DNA from: an uncultured Planctomycetota bacterium
Lineage (GTDB): Bacteria > Planctomycetota > Planctomycetia > Isosphaerales > Isosphaeraceae
DNA: 64,000 nt
Direction of reading: 5' to 3'
NCBI GenBank assembly: GCA_963823665.1
Contig: CAWGMQ010000005.1
Location: forward strand, 1,632,001 to 1,696,000
Position 1 is the stretch's first letter. The number at the start of each line of letters is the position of its first letter. The notes under the pieces were generated by a model. That model was given only the letters and a program-made list of their open reading frames with translations, had not been told where the DNA came from and did no database searches. The position numbers were made by a program, and so were the translations under genes. Positions 21,423 through 31,963 of the stretch are shown piece by piece.

Positions 21423-21593
21423 AATAGCGTCGACGCCGGAGCTAGGGATCAGCCAGTCGACTTGATTTGATCCACGCTTCATCGAACGACGGCCGTCACA
21501 TCCCGAAGCACCTTGTCTGTGCTTCACGCGGCAACCATTCAAGTGGTTCAATTCTGGCTGCGAAAGTGGCTCACTTCCTGGCTGCCGTTGAAA

Positions 21594-22267
21594 CGGAACC
21601 GCAGAATTTCTCGAGATTCTGGATTTATCGGCAACTTCGCCCGTAGCTCGAAGACGTCGGCATAGTGCACGAGGTTGACACTCAGTATGGTATCGACGGG
21701 TGTGTAATGCGTGAAACAATCGCGATATGCCTTCATCTTGTTCACCCACCGCGTCTTAGCAGCGACAAAAACTTCCTTTAAATTGCTCTGGGGAGCGGTC
21801 TTGCAGAAGCGATTGAAATTTGGCGGCGTGTCGCCCTTATAGGCAGTCCCGACGATTCGCGTCGCGATGTCAAGAGCTGAAGATACCGCTTGCAGTAAAC
21901 TTTCAAAATCCCAATAAATCGCAAACGTCGAGTACGGCGTCCGGCCCGATGCCATATGATGCGACTCGATAAAGCTGTCTGCGTTCTTAATTCTCGCCAA
22001 CTCCGCTTCTGCCTGAGTGCGGTGATACTCATACGCACGCCTTATGGCCGCCAATCTGTACTCCGCGTGACCGAAGTGATGCCGGTAGATTCTGGGGTAT
22101 TCCCTTATGAACCAGCAGAACTCGGCATGTTCATCGCTTTCTTCCAGCGGACCCGAGCGTATCCTGTCCAGAATTCGCACCAATTGCGGTGAGGACGCGA
22201 GCGGAAGAAAGGTCGGAATCGGGGCGAGGGGCTTATTCACCGAAAACGGTATGGTGTCGTCGTTCAT
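21594..22267 (-). pseudogene. HEPN-motif protein, N-terminal part, interrupted by IS21
   Basis: Rx4H motif RDCFTH preceded by FESLLQAVSSALD; reconstructed gene is 855 nt (284 aa). Confidence 0.65.
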
Positions 22268-22558
22268 GAAACGTCGGCCTTCCTTGGGAGGTCGCCCGCG
22301 TACAATTCTGTCGAACGAGCATCTGGCAAACCACAGCTGATTGGCACATCCTCGTCAAAAACGAATTGCTGGAGTTTTCCACTCCCACCTGCGTCAGCGT
22401 GTTGGGCGAGAGCGATCAAGATAATTGACATTGGGCCGATCACGGTAGCTGATAGTCGGTTTGAAGAAGGGACTCAAGAGACTCAGAAACCCACCCTCTG
22501 GGGCTCAGACACCCAGCTTCTGGAGCCGGTTCGGAGACCCAGAGGACCCAGGAGACCC

Positions 22559-23334
22559 GCTGAGTAGGTCTGGGTGGTTGACCACCCAGACCCCCCGCAG
22601 ATCCCTGCTCGCGCAATCAACGCACACGGCTCCTCATTTGAAACCTTCGCTGCGCGACGGTACACCGAGTGGACGACGATCGCTGGCGGATGCGGATACC
22701 GCTCCAACAGACGACACATTCGCTCCCAGGCGACTTCGCCGCCGCGGAGGCGTCGGCCAAGCCATTTCCTCCAGAGTCCGATGACACCCCACCGGAATCG
22801 TGACAGCGCAGGTGCGTTGCCCGTGATCCCGTAGTATGCGAAGTGCCCGCGAAGCTTCCGGCCCAGTGTATATTGCTGGGCGGCTAGCGCGTGATGTCGC
22901 TTCATTCGGCACAATTGACCAACCGTCACTAATCCGCGACGTAACCGGCTCTTGGATGTCGTGCGCTTCACCACCCACTACCCTCGCCGAGACCGGCCCC
23001 AATAGTGAGTGAATCCCAGGAGGTCGAATGTCCCCGCTGGTACTCGTTTTGAGGCCGTTGGTCGCCGCGGACGGTCTGATGGCCGGTCGAACGGCACCAG
23101 CCGCGTCTTCTCTGGATGGATCAACCTGGAGTTGGTAAGTCGGAACCCCGGCCGGCATCCACGACGGAAATGGAAGGGTCTGTCAGGTTCCCGAGCGACC
23201 CTCATGTCCCTTTGCCCTGTTCTTGGACCCCGGTAGGACCGAACACGCCAGGCCGTTGCGGCGTGTCGACGCGGCCCCCGCTTGTGTCGACAACGGAGGC
23301 TCCCGCAATAAGCGGTTTCGAGTCTCAACCGCGC
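22559..23334 (-). mobile_element. Internally deleted group II intron (5' end, maturase remnant, DV/DVI)
   Basis: 5' end gcgcggttgagactcgaaa (variant of GUGCG). Remnant IHPEKTRLV...[13 protein letters not shown]...VKRTTSKSRL. DV gagccgtgtgcg...gagcagggatc and DVI ggtctgggtgg...ccacccagacctac. Confidence 0.8.
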
Positions 23335-23341
23335 CGCCCCC

Positions 23342-24103
23342 TTATCTCCTCGACTTTGCCTTCTTCCGTGATAGTGTGGACGTTTTCTTGACCAGGACCA
23401 GCCGTTCCGCGTTCTCGAGCGACTTCACCGCGGTCTTGAACGTAGGCGTCGGCCCAATCTTAAAACTGCCCGCCTCGGCTTTCTCCAGCTCCTGCAACGC
23501 TGATTTTACTGACGCATCCGCTTTAAGCTCGTCGTAACGCTTCATGACCGCATCGACGGATGCCCGGATTTCCGTCAGGAGCGCCTTGGCGGCCTCGAGG
23601 CTCTTCTTGTTCTCCGACTCAAGAGTTTTCTTATCGGATTCCGAAAGGGCTCTTACGGGCTTCTGGGCTGCGGTGACCTGGGCCAAGGTCGATTGAATCA
23701 TGTTGCGCTGCGAGATGAGCTGAAAGACGTAAGCCCCCTGTCCAAAGCCGCCTGCACGAGAGTTGCCTTGCTGCTGGAATCCTTGCTCGTTGATCCGCTG
23801 GTTTAGCTGATCCAGGTTCTGCTGCAAGTCGACACGGCGCTCCTCCAATTGCGCGTAATCCCGCGCCGCCAGCTCTGCCTCGTTCTTCCGCTCGACGACC
23901 GAGGTGTATTCGGCCAGCGCACTGCGGATCTTCGACGAACTCTGAAGGACAGGTTTCTCCGCCTCGATCACGAAGTAGCGTCCGGACCTCGTAAGCCCCT
24001 TCTCCTTGAGGATGGCAATCGCAGGCGAATCAGCCCACACAAACGGCGTTGATGAGAAAACGATCAGCGGCAGGGCAACTACGACGTGATTAAGCCGAAG
24101 CAT
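23342..24103 (-). CDS. Secreted coiled-coil hypothetical protein
   Basis: Signal peptide ending VWA|D, long heptad-like helices, GGAGG RBS upstream. Confidence 0.75.
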   Translation of the reverse strand: MLRLNHVVVALPLIVFSSTPFVWADSPAIAILKEKGLTRSGRYFVIEAEKPVLQSSSKIRSALAEYTSVVERKNEAELAARDYAQLEERRVDLQQNLDQLNQRINEQGFQQQGNSRAGGFGQGAYVFQLISQRNMIQSTLAQVTAAQKPVRALSESDKKTLESENKKSLEAAKALLTEIRASVDAVMKRYDELKADASVKSALQELEKAEAGSFKIGPTPTFKTAVKSLENAERLVLVKKTSTLSRKKAKSRR

Positions 24104-24269
24104 TGATGCCTCCCTGTCGAGGACGATTGATGCCAGATCGGCGAAGCCTCTACCCTAGATAACGTAAAAGACCCTGGGTAAGCGCACGCAAGTTTTCCGG
24201 TAGCCCTGCCGGAATTCTGTTGAGCCTTGTGCTCGAGATGATGTCTACAACAGACGCTCGTGTGGCAAT

Positions 24270-24326
24270 CGTCCTGGGGGTCAGACCTTCCTGGGGGTCA
24301 GACCTAGTTTCAATTTAATTGAGAAG
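24270..24326. repeat. Tandem-duplicated copy of the HUH-element end (TCCTGGGGGTCAGACCT x2 + AGTTTCAATTTAATT)
   Basis: Direct match to the TIRs at 25738 and 26831. Confidence 0.85.
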
Positions 24327-24424
24327 AGGTCCAAAGACGCGCGCTCGCCTGAATTCTCATCGATTCCCAACGCCCTGGCAATGGGCCCGGCCGTGTCGGA
24401 TCGATCAACGCAGAGGTTGTCGCG

Positions 24425-24627
24425 TCACCCTTCGTCGCCCCGGCCGGCTTCGGCCAGGCAGACCGCTGGGCGCAGCTTGGCATGCGACAGGTCGGAGAAC
24501 GGGAACGGAACCAGCACTGCTCCGCCGGCTGAAGGTGCGACCACGCCGCATCCTCCTCCGGCCTCGACCAATCGGCGTCCAGGGCCGCCTCGGCCAAGAG
24601 CGCTGCCTCACGGAGCCAGTCATCCAC
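24425..24627 (-). pseudogene. Relic toxin-antitoxin pair: antitoxin C-terminus + truncated PemK/MazF
   Basis: LAEAALDADWSRPEEDAAWSHLQ overlaps MVAPSAGGAVLVPFPFSDLSHAKLRPAVCLA (24544..24425, only 39 aa). Confidence 0.7.
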
Positions 24628-24897
24628 TCTCTGGAGCGGGTTGCAATACAGGCGCGCGCGTCAAGAGTGTTGAGAAAAACTCGACAGCAAAGACGGTTTG
24701 CTCGGAGCGAACCAGGAGTTCCGACGGCGATCGCCCCGGCTGCATCGGGACGAGCATGGTGGCGACATTTGGATCGGGGATGCCATCCTTACATCAGATC
24801 GGTGGATGTCTGCCTCCCTCCGACTTCCCAACGCTGTTCAGTGACAGTAATACGCAGTTCACGGTCACGCTCTGAGAGGCAGCGCCACTGGGAGCGC

Positions 24898-25559
24898 TCA
24901 GGGCAGCCACGCTGACAGCTTCTCCGCTTCCTCAGGCGTCGGATCAAGGCCCACGCACTCGGGGCCGCAGAGGGCGCAGACCTTCTCGCCGGCGAGGACC
25001 TGGCCGATCAACTCATAGCCGTCGAAGGTCCGTTCGGCTTGAGGCGTGCGGAAGCGGGCATCGTCACTCGAGGCGACCGTGGCGAGCAGCGTGTATCGGT
25101 AAAGGATCTCGGCGGTCCAAGCGCCCACAGCGCCAATCTCACTTTCGGTGGGGTCGACTCCGCCGCGCTCGGCGCGGTCGCAGCCGACGAGAAAGCTCAC
25201 GCGCATACGGTGAATGACCTCCTTCGTCGAGAGGTCCTCGATGAGATTCACAATCGTTTCTGACAGCGGCCTCCGCCTGAATCCGGCCGCTTGAAGCCGG
25301 GTGATCTCCTCGGCGCTTCGGGCGCGCGGGTGATGACCGCGTTGCCCTCGAGCTCTGCGATGGCGTCGCCGCGCACGATCGACAGCAGCACGCCTTGCCG
25401 GTGACAGGTCTCTCTTGTCCACTCCGCGAGAAACGAGAGTTCGGTCTGCGCGGCGAGGTGGCCCCGATCCGTGCGGCGCCCGATGCAGAATGAGTTTTGT
25501 ATTCGCTCGATCAGCTTGTGAATGACCGGGCGTTCATCTCTCTCTTGCGGTTCCATCAT
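24898..25559 (-). CDS. Hypothetical protein, probably frameshifted across ORFs 25248..25559 and 24898..25422
   Basis: Protein-like N-terminus in one frame and C-terminus (CALC) in another. Confidence 0.45.
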
Positions 25560-25737
25560 CCTCTCCGAATTCTAACCGGGACTATAGGTTCGCGGTTCAC
25601 GACTGGCGACTGCTTGGGATTGGTTGGCGGCAGCTTCGGCTTCCTCGGCCGGCGACGCGCTGGGGTGCCTCCGCCGTCTGCGTGCCCGCCATCCTCGGTG
25701 AGGTACATGTCGCGGATGTGCTCGGCGAAGTATCGAC

Positions 25738-26831
25738 CCGTCCTGGGGGTCATACCTAGTTTCAATTTTATTCGGCGGACGAGTCGTCGGTCAACGCGTG
25801 CTCCAGTCGCTGCAATTGCTTGCGAACCCTTGAATCGCTTGAAAGCCACGCCTCGAATCGACGTGTCAGGTTCGGCACGCTCTCCGCGCGTGAGACACCC
25901 AGGATCTCGGTCAACTCGCCGTTTGTTGCCGCCGTGTGGCGTCTCGCCAGATAAGCCATCGCCGCTCGCGCAGGGTGCCGGCTACCACGTTCGCTCAACC
26001 CCAAAGGTTCAATTCCGTACTCAGTACAGACGACCTCGCTCACTCGCGCGATCGCCAAACCCCGCACTTGTCTCGCTTCCCGACGGCGATCGCGTTGCGG
26101 TTGTTTACTCACGATCGCTCTGATGCGATCGACGAAGTTCTGGCTCCCAAGAATCCAGCCGTGATGCGCCTCCGTCCAAGGCGACTCCTGCTTGAGCGAC
26201 AATCCCGCTGTGACATAGCGACGGTAGGCCTTGGCCGGCTCTGAACCGGAGCCGCCGAATTCCCCGGCCCATGCGGCCAACAACTCATCGTAGGCCACCC
26301 ACGCCAATCGCCGTCCATCTCGAACATAGCCCGGATAGCTCGACCATTTCCACCCCGCCGGATTCTCCACCAGTCGAGCGCGAACAGGATTTAAATGGAC
26401 ATAACGCGGAGACCGTCCACAGGTAGCTCTCGTCTTCGATCAGCTCCGTCCGATATCGGCCCTGGAAAACGTGCCCGTTGAAGCGGTGCCGTCGAGACCA
26501 GGCATTCGCGTAGGCCGAGAGAAACGTCTGCATCCCGCGAGAGAGATTGGGCCCGGGCGTCTTCAACACCACGTGGAGGTGGTTCGACATCACAACGAAC
26601 GCGTAAATCCGCCACGAGCACCGGACGGTCGCGCGCTCCAAGTATTCAACCAGCCGATCACGATCGGCGTCGTCACGGACAATATCCTGCCGCCCGTTGC
26701 CGCGGGCCATGAGGTGATAAATCGCACCGGGATACTGCACACGCAGTCTTCTTGCCATGCCCCCTATTGCAACTATCTCCTCAGCGGGATGCAAGCAAAT
26801 AACTTGAAACTAGGTCTGACCACCAGGACGG
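25738..26831 (-). mobile_element. TIR-bounded HUH (Y1/RAYT-like) transposase element
   Basis: Left ccgtcctgggggtcatacctagtttcaattttatt (25738-25772); right, reverse complement, ccgtcctggtggtcagacctagtttcaagttatt (26798-26831). Confidence 0.85.
25768..26758 (-). CDS. Y1 HUH transposase (RAYT/IS200-like) with C-terminal DnaA-C-like HTH; frameshift near 26408
   Basis: YHLMARGNGRQ, MSNHLH (HUH), GHVFQGRY, then RYVHLNPV...WSSY in the next frame; tail ARAAMAYLARRHT...ELTEILG. Confidence 0.88.
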
Positions 26832-26991
26832 ACAGGGCTTCACGCTGCAGACATCCCCGGAATCCGCCCTCGACCAGGACCGGCGGCTTCGCGCCGCCGT
26901 GATTCGAAATACTTCTCCGAAAAAGTTGAATAGCTTGAAGGCGATCCACCCACTATGGGATAGAAGTCGAACGTCGAGGAGACATGATCCG

Positions 26992-28259
26992 ATGCCGAAC
27001 GACGAGTTGATGGCGAGCCTGTTCCGGTCGTCGCGATCGTTCACCCCGGCCCGGTACGTGGAGGAGGTGCCCGACGCGCTGCTCCTGGACCGCTTCGTCG
27101 ATCAGTGGGACCAGGCGGCGTTCGGCGACCTCGTGCGCCGGCACGGTCCGATGGTGCTGGGCGTCTGCCGCCGCATCATAGGCGACCCGCACGCAGCGGA
27201 GGACGCCTTCCAGGCGACCTTCCTGCTGCTGGTGCGCAAGGCCGCGTTGGTCCGGAAGCGGGGGTCGGTCGGCCCCTGGCTCTACGGCGTCGCCCGTCGC
27301 GTCGCACTCGAGGCGCGTGCGGCCGCCTCGCGGCGGCGGGTTCCGGCGCCCTTGGACCCGGAGGTGGCCCGGGTGGACGATCACGAAGGCCTTGAGCGCG
27401 ACGAGCTGCATGCGGCCCTCCACGAGGAGCTCGGCCGGCTCCCGGAGAAGTATCGCGCCCCGATCGTGCTCTGCTACATCGAGGGGCTCCCGCACGAGGC
27501 CGTGGCGCGACAGCTCGGGTGGCCGCTCGGCACGGTCCGCACGCGGATCGCGCGGGGCGCGACCTGCTGGGGGCGCGGCTGACCCGCCGCGGCGTGGCGC
27601 CGGCAGCCGTCTTGCTTGCCCTGGGCTTGCTGCCGAAGACGGCGGCCGCGGTCCCCGCGCGGCTGGTCGAAGCGACGGTACGGGCCGCGGCGCGTGTCGC
27701 GGCGGGTGAGAGGGTGCCCCAGGGGGAGGTCCCCGCCGGGGTCGCAGATCTCGAGAAGAAAGTGAGGAAAGTCATGCATCTGACCAGGCTGAGGTGGGCG
27801 ATGGCGTTCGCACTGGCGGTCGTGGTGATCGGGGCGGCGGTGACGGCCGGAGTGTCGAGGGCCCTCGCGGCCGCCGATGACGACCCCAAGGTCAAAGCGG
27901 AGCTGAAGAAGTTTCAGGGCACCTGGGTCGTTACCTACGGCGAGAAGGCGGGCGAGGAGCAGGAACAGGTCGGTGATCTTGAACTCAAATTCGACGGCGA
28001 AACAATCAGTGTTGCGGCTCACGGAACGGTTAAGGATAAGGGGACGTTCAAACTTGATCCGTCGAAGAACCCGAAGGAGATCGACATTCGGCTCCGGGAC
28101 ACAAATAATGACGAGAAGATCGTGCTGGGGATCTACACCTGGGACGGCGAGAACCTGAAGCTCTGCTTGGGAGAACCGGACGGAGGGACGCGCCCGAAGG
28201 ACTTCACCACGATGCCCGAGGGCCGCGACCTGATCGTCGTGAAGCGTCAGGACCCGTGA
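26992..28259 (+). CDS. ECF sigma-70 factor with TM segment and C-terminal TIGR03067-like domain; frameshift near 27557
   Basis: AEDAFQATFLLL (region 2), LPEKYRAPIVLC...GTVRTRIAR (region 4), ELKKFQGTW...LDPSKNPKEID. Confidence 0.85.
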
Positions 28260-28262
28260 CGG

Positions 28263-30311
28263 GTGAACTCCGGATCTCCGCGAGCCGGACGAGCGGCCGG
28301 AGTCTTCCTTCGAGACCCCGGCGCCCGGGCCGGCGGATTCGCGGCCCCGAAGCGGCAAACTGCCAGCAGCGCCGGGCGCCGGGGCGGCGACACGCGCACA
28401 CGCGCCGCGTCCGTCAAAGATCGGCGCCGACGTTCTCGAAGGGCACGCCGGGTCGAGCCGGTTCCCCGGCCGAGCAAACCGGCGCGCCAAAGTGAGATCC
28501 GTTCAGCAACCTGGACTTCGGAAGGACACTGTCCCGTGCATTTCCCGTATCCTCGCCGCCCCCTCCGTTGCCGTCCTGCCCTGGCACTCGTTCTGAGTTG
28601 GGTCTGCGCCGCGCAGGCGATCCTTGCCCAGGGCCAGGCGGTCGACGCTCTTCCGGACGACAGACTGTCAGCCAAGGAGCACGCTGACGCGACGAGCCTC
28701 ACGGCGCGGACTGACAGGCTGTTTGCCACCTGGGATAAGCCTGGGTCGCCGGGAGGCGCGCTGGCCGTCGTTCAGGACGGCAAGGTCGTCTACCAGCGTG
28801 GCTACGGCACAGCGAACCTGGAGTACGGCATCCCGATCACGCCCGCGACGATCTTCGAGGTCGCCTCCGTGTCCAAGCAGTTCACCGCATTCACCGTCCA
28901 GCTCCTCGCGCAGGAACACCGATTGTCGCTCGACGACGACGTCCGCAAGTATCTGCCGGAGCTGCACGACTTCGGCAAAACCATCACCATTCGCCATCTG
29001 CTGCATCACACGAGCGGATTGCGTGACCAATCGAACCTTCTGCGGCTTGCCGGCTGGCGCAGCGAGGACGTGATCACCGAGCAAGACGTTTTCAACCTGG
29101 TCTGGCGGCAGGAGGAACTTAACTTCGAGCCGGGCGCGGAGTACCTCTACAGCAACACTGGGTATACCCTGCTGGGCCTGATCGTGAAGCGGATCTCCGG
29201 CCGGTCGCTCAACGTGTTCTGTCAGGAGCGGATGTTCCAGCCCCTGGGCATGAAAAACACACACTTCCACTATAACTACCGGACGATCGTTCCGGGCCGC
29301 TCCTACTCCTACTCGCCGAAACCCGGGGGCGGGTTCGCGAACAGCCCCCTGCAATACGCCACCGTCGGCGCAAGCGGACTCTTCACGACGGTGGAAGACC
29401 TGGCCCGATGGGACCGGAACTTCGGCAACGCCTGGGTTCGCGGCCCGGAGGTCGTGGCCCGCATGCTCGAAAAAGGCAAGCTCAACAACGGCGAGGAGCT
29501 CAACTACGCCTGCGGGCTCGAACTGGGCGAGTACCGGGGTCTGAAGACGGTGAAGCACAACGGCGGCCTCGCCGGTTACCGGTGTTCGATGGTCCGCTTC
29601 CCCGAGCAACGATTCACCGTGATCGTCTTATCGAACCTGTCCTCGTCCGATCCCGAGGCGATGGCGAAGAAGGTGGCGGACCTCTACCTGAGCGACAAGC
29701 TCGCGCCGCACGCGCCAGCCCTGGTTAGGAAGCCCGAGACGCGCACGGAGGTCAAGGTCGACCCGAAGGCCTACGACGCGTACGTCGGGGACTATCAGAC
29801 GCCCGAGGGGCCCGTCGTGACCTTAAGTGCGGAGAACGGACATCTGATGATGAAGGAGGGTCGACGCGAGAAGATCCGGCTCCTCCCGTCGTCCGAGACG
29901 GATTTCTTCCTGAGGGACCTGTCGGTCGAATGGTCCTTCGTGAAGGGGAAGGACGGCACGGTCGATCGAGTCATCCTGCGTCGTGACGGTCGGGAGCAGG
30001 CGGCGAGGCGCTTCCGGCGCGAGCCCCTCACGGCCACCCGTCTTGCGGGTTATGCCGGCGACTACTACAGCCGCGAGCTGGGGGTCATCTACACCGTCTC
30101 GATTCGCGACGGGAGGGTCTGGATCCGTCACCCCCGAGGCGGGGCTTCGACGGAGGAAATCGGAAACGACGCGTTCTCGGTCGACTTTCCGATAGGCACG
30201 GTCACATTCACGCGGGACTCAAATCACCGCGTCAACGCAATGCTTGTGAGCACGAACGGCCCTGTGCGCAATTTGCGGTTCGCCCGCGCGGAGATCAAGA
30301 CCACACCGTAG
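28263..30311 (+). CDS. Serine hydrolase (beta-lactamase/AmpC-like family), exported; real start likely near 28536
   Basis: SxxK (ASVSKQF), LLHHTSG, YSN and HNGG motifs. Confidence 0.9.
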   Translation: MNSGSPRAGRAAGVFLRDPGARAGGFAAPKRQTASSAGRRGGDTRTRAASVKDRRRRSRRARRVEPVPRPSKPARQSEIRSATWTSEGHCPVHFPYPRRPLRCRPALALVLSWVCAAQAILAQGQAVDALPDDRLSAKEHADATSLTARTDRLFATWDKPGSPGGALAVVQDGKVVYQRGYGTANLEYGIPITPATIFEVASVSKQFTAFTVQLLAQEHRLSLDDDVRKYLPELHDFGKTITIRHLLHHTSGLRDQSNLLRLAGWRSEDVITEQDVFNLVWRQEELNFEPGAEYLYSNTGYTLLGLIVKRISGRSLNVFCQERMFQPLGMKNTHFHYNYRTIVPGRSYSYSPKPGGGFANSPLQYATVGASGLFTTVEDLARWDRNFGNAWVRGPEVVARMLEKGKLNNGEELNYACGLELGEYRGLKTVKHNGGLAGYRCSMVRFPEQRFTVIVLSNLSSSDPEAMAKKVADLYLSDKLAPHAPALVRKPETRTEVKVDPKAYDAYVGDYQTPEGPVVTLSAENGHLMMKEGRREKIRLLPSSETDFFLRDLSVEWSFVKGKDGTVDRVILRRDGREQAARRFRREPLTATRLAGYAGDYYSRELGVIYTVSIRDGRVWIRHPRGGASTEEIGNDAFSVDFPIGTVTFTRDSNHRVNAMLVSTNGPVRNLRFARAEIKTTP

Positions 30312-30421
30312 ACCGGGGAGCCCATCTCGGCTGCGTTCACGAGCCCCGCGGCGGCGGCGGCGCGCGGTCCGCAGGGGCGACACGTGACCCGTGATCCGCA
30401 AAGCGGTTTGCCCTTTCGGCT

Positions 30422-30802
30422 TTGGCCGGGCCTGCCATCGAAGGAGGCGCTGAGTATCTCAACATGATCCCGGTGCGCAGTGCGCCGGTTCCTCAGTCTA
30501 GGGCCATACACCCCCCAGCCCAGCCGAACCCGGAACTCGCCGCGCTTCGATCGGAAATCTTGCATCTACACGGCTCGACGTCGTCACCCGGGGTAGACTT
30601 GGATCGGCTCCAGGCACTTGAACCCAAGCTCGGGGCTCTGAGTAAGGACGCCCTTTTGTCTATTGCCGACACCGTTGGCCTCGTCGGAATGAAGAGTAGG
30701 CCCAAAGCCCAAATCTCAGGCGCGATCGTCAACCGAATCAAATCCATCAAACAATCGTCGATCCGAACCGCGATCAGTGACCGGCCGGGAAGCACGTATT
30801 AG
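30422..30802 (+). CDS. Hypothetical protein or gene fragment
   Basis: Helical, protein-like C-terminal half; start uncertain. Confidence 0.35.
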   Translation: MAGPAIEGGAEYLNMIPVRSAPVPQSRAIHPPAQPNPELAALRSEILHLHGSTSSPGVDLDRLQALEPKLGALSKDALLSIADTVGLVGMKSRPKAQISGAIVNRIKSIKQSSIRTAISDRPGSTY

Positions 30803-30955
30803 CCAAGCAGTTGGTCGGCATGAAACGACTACGACGAGAACCGCCGGCGCGCTTGCAGCGAGATGACTCACGACAAGCCATCGGGTAAAATAGTCACCGG
30901 CAAACAGCATGTCGCGAAGCAGGCGGCCGGATTGCGCTAATGCAGAAGGACAGCG

Positions 30956-31362
30956 AATGGGAGGTTGAGCTACACGAGGAGTTCGACGCTTGGCTTTTCC
31001 AACAGTAAGAGGGTCTCCGTCGGGAGATATTTGCAAGTGCGGGGCTTTTGCGACGTCTCGGCCCACAACTTGGTCGACCCAAGAGAGACTAGACGATGGC
31101 CGTCAATGTAAGAGACCGGATCGCGCAGTTGCCTCTAGAGGAACAGAAAGCGATCGAGGCGAGAACGGAAGAAATGTACGCCGAAGAAATGATCCGCCGG
31201 CTCCATAAGCGGGGGGCCGGAACAACCAAACGCCAGGTGGCACTGCCGCCCCTTCCACCAGGTGTTACACCCTCGTCCCGGCAACCCAAGGACGGCAAGA
31301 GAGGCGGCGAGAAGTCCCCTCTCGCATCCGCACGGCGGACCAGCAAGAAGACCCAGAAGTAA
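30956..31362 (+). pseudogene. Degraded RelE/HigB-type toxin followed by a truncated antitoxin
   Basis: WEVELHEEFDAWL fragment with an early stop; MAVNVRDRIAQLPLEEQKAIEARTEEMYAEEM resembles the N-terminus of XRE antitoxins but no HTH follows. Confidence 0.5.
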
Positions 31363-31570
31363 TCCAAAAGGAGCCAAAGGAGCCGTAGCGTCGCGATGTG
31401 GCGCGGAGCTTTAGCAGGAAAGCTCTGCGATATCTGCGTTACTTTGCCACGGCATCCCGGAAGGCGCATTGCGACAATGCCGCCGATGCTGCGGTTTGGC
31501 CTCGGAGCCCGGTTCGTGGAATTGTTCTCACACGAGGAGTAGAATATTGTTTCCGTCAAGGGGTACCAAC

Positions 31571-31963
31571 ATGCCAACGATCGAGGTGAGCGGCCCGGAA
31601 TTGCTGAAAGCGGTGCAGCAACTCGCACCCGAGGAGCTCGACGCATTCCTCGAGAAAGCACTATTGCTTCGGAACCATCCAACGGCCGACAAATTGTCTG
31701 CCGAGGAAAGCAGGCTCATCAAGCGAATCAATCGAGGCCTTCCCGAAGCCGTCTGTAGCCGTTATGCGCGACTGTCGCAGAAACGGAAAAAGGAGTCGTT
31801 GAGCGACAAAGAGCACGCCGAGTTGCTTAAGCTGACGCATGAATTTGAGAGCCGGGACGCCGACCGTGCCGAGGCGCTGCTTGAACTGGCCAACCTCCGG
31901 CGCATTCCAATCCGCCTGCTGATGAAACAGATGGGAATCAAGGCCGCGCTGGTCAATGGCTAG
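31571..31963 (+). CDS. Small helical protein, putative antitoxin partner of the HNH gene
   Basis: ELLKAVQQL...ESRLIKRINRGLP...EHAELLKL...ALLELANLR; overlaps the HNH start. Confidence 0.7.
   Translation: MPTIEVSGPELLKAVQQLAPEELDAFLEKALLLRNHPTADKLSAEESRLIKRINRGLPEAVCSRYARLSQKRKKESLSDKEHAELLKLTHEFESRDADRAEALLELANLRRIPIRLLMKQMGIKAALVNG

Larger units (their letters stand above)
17186..21593 (+). mobile_element. IS21 family element (4,408 bp) carrying a zinc-finger ORF, parB-like gene, istA and istB
   Basis: 6-bp target duplication CGGAAC at 17180-17185 and 21594-21599. Imperfect terminal IRs TGTCAGCAGCAACG...TGAGCCA and (reverse complement) TTTCAACGGCAGCC...TGAGCCA. The TGA(G/A)CCA box repeats at 23-bp spacing at both ends. 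Confidence 0.93.

Noticed and set aside
15432..22408. Integron cassette array (AAC...GTT pairs near 15432-15467, 16924-16960 and 22302-22408)
   Set aside because: Arms pair poorly or are too short for attC sites, core sites do not match between cassettes, and there is no IntI in the window.
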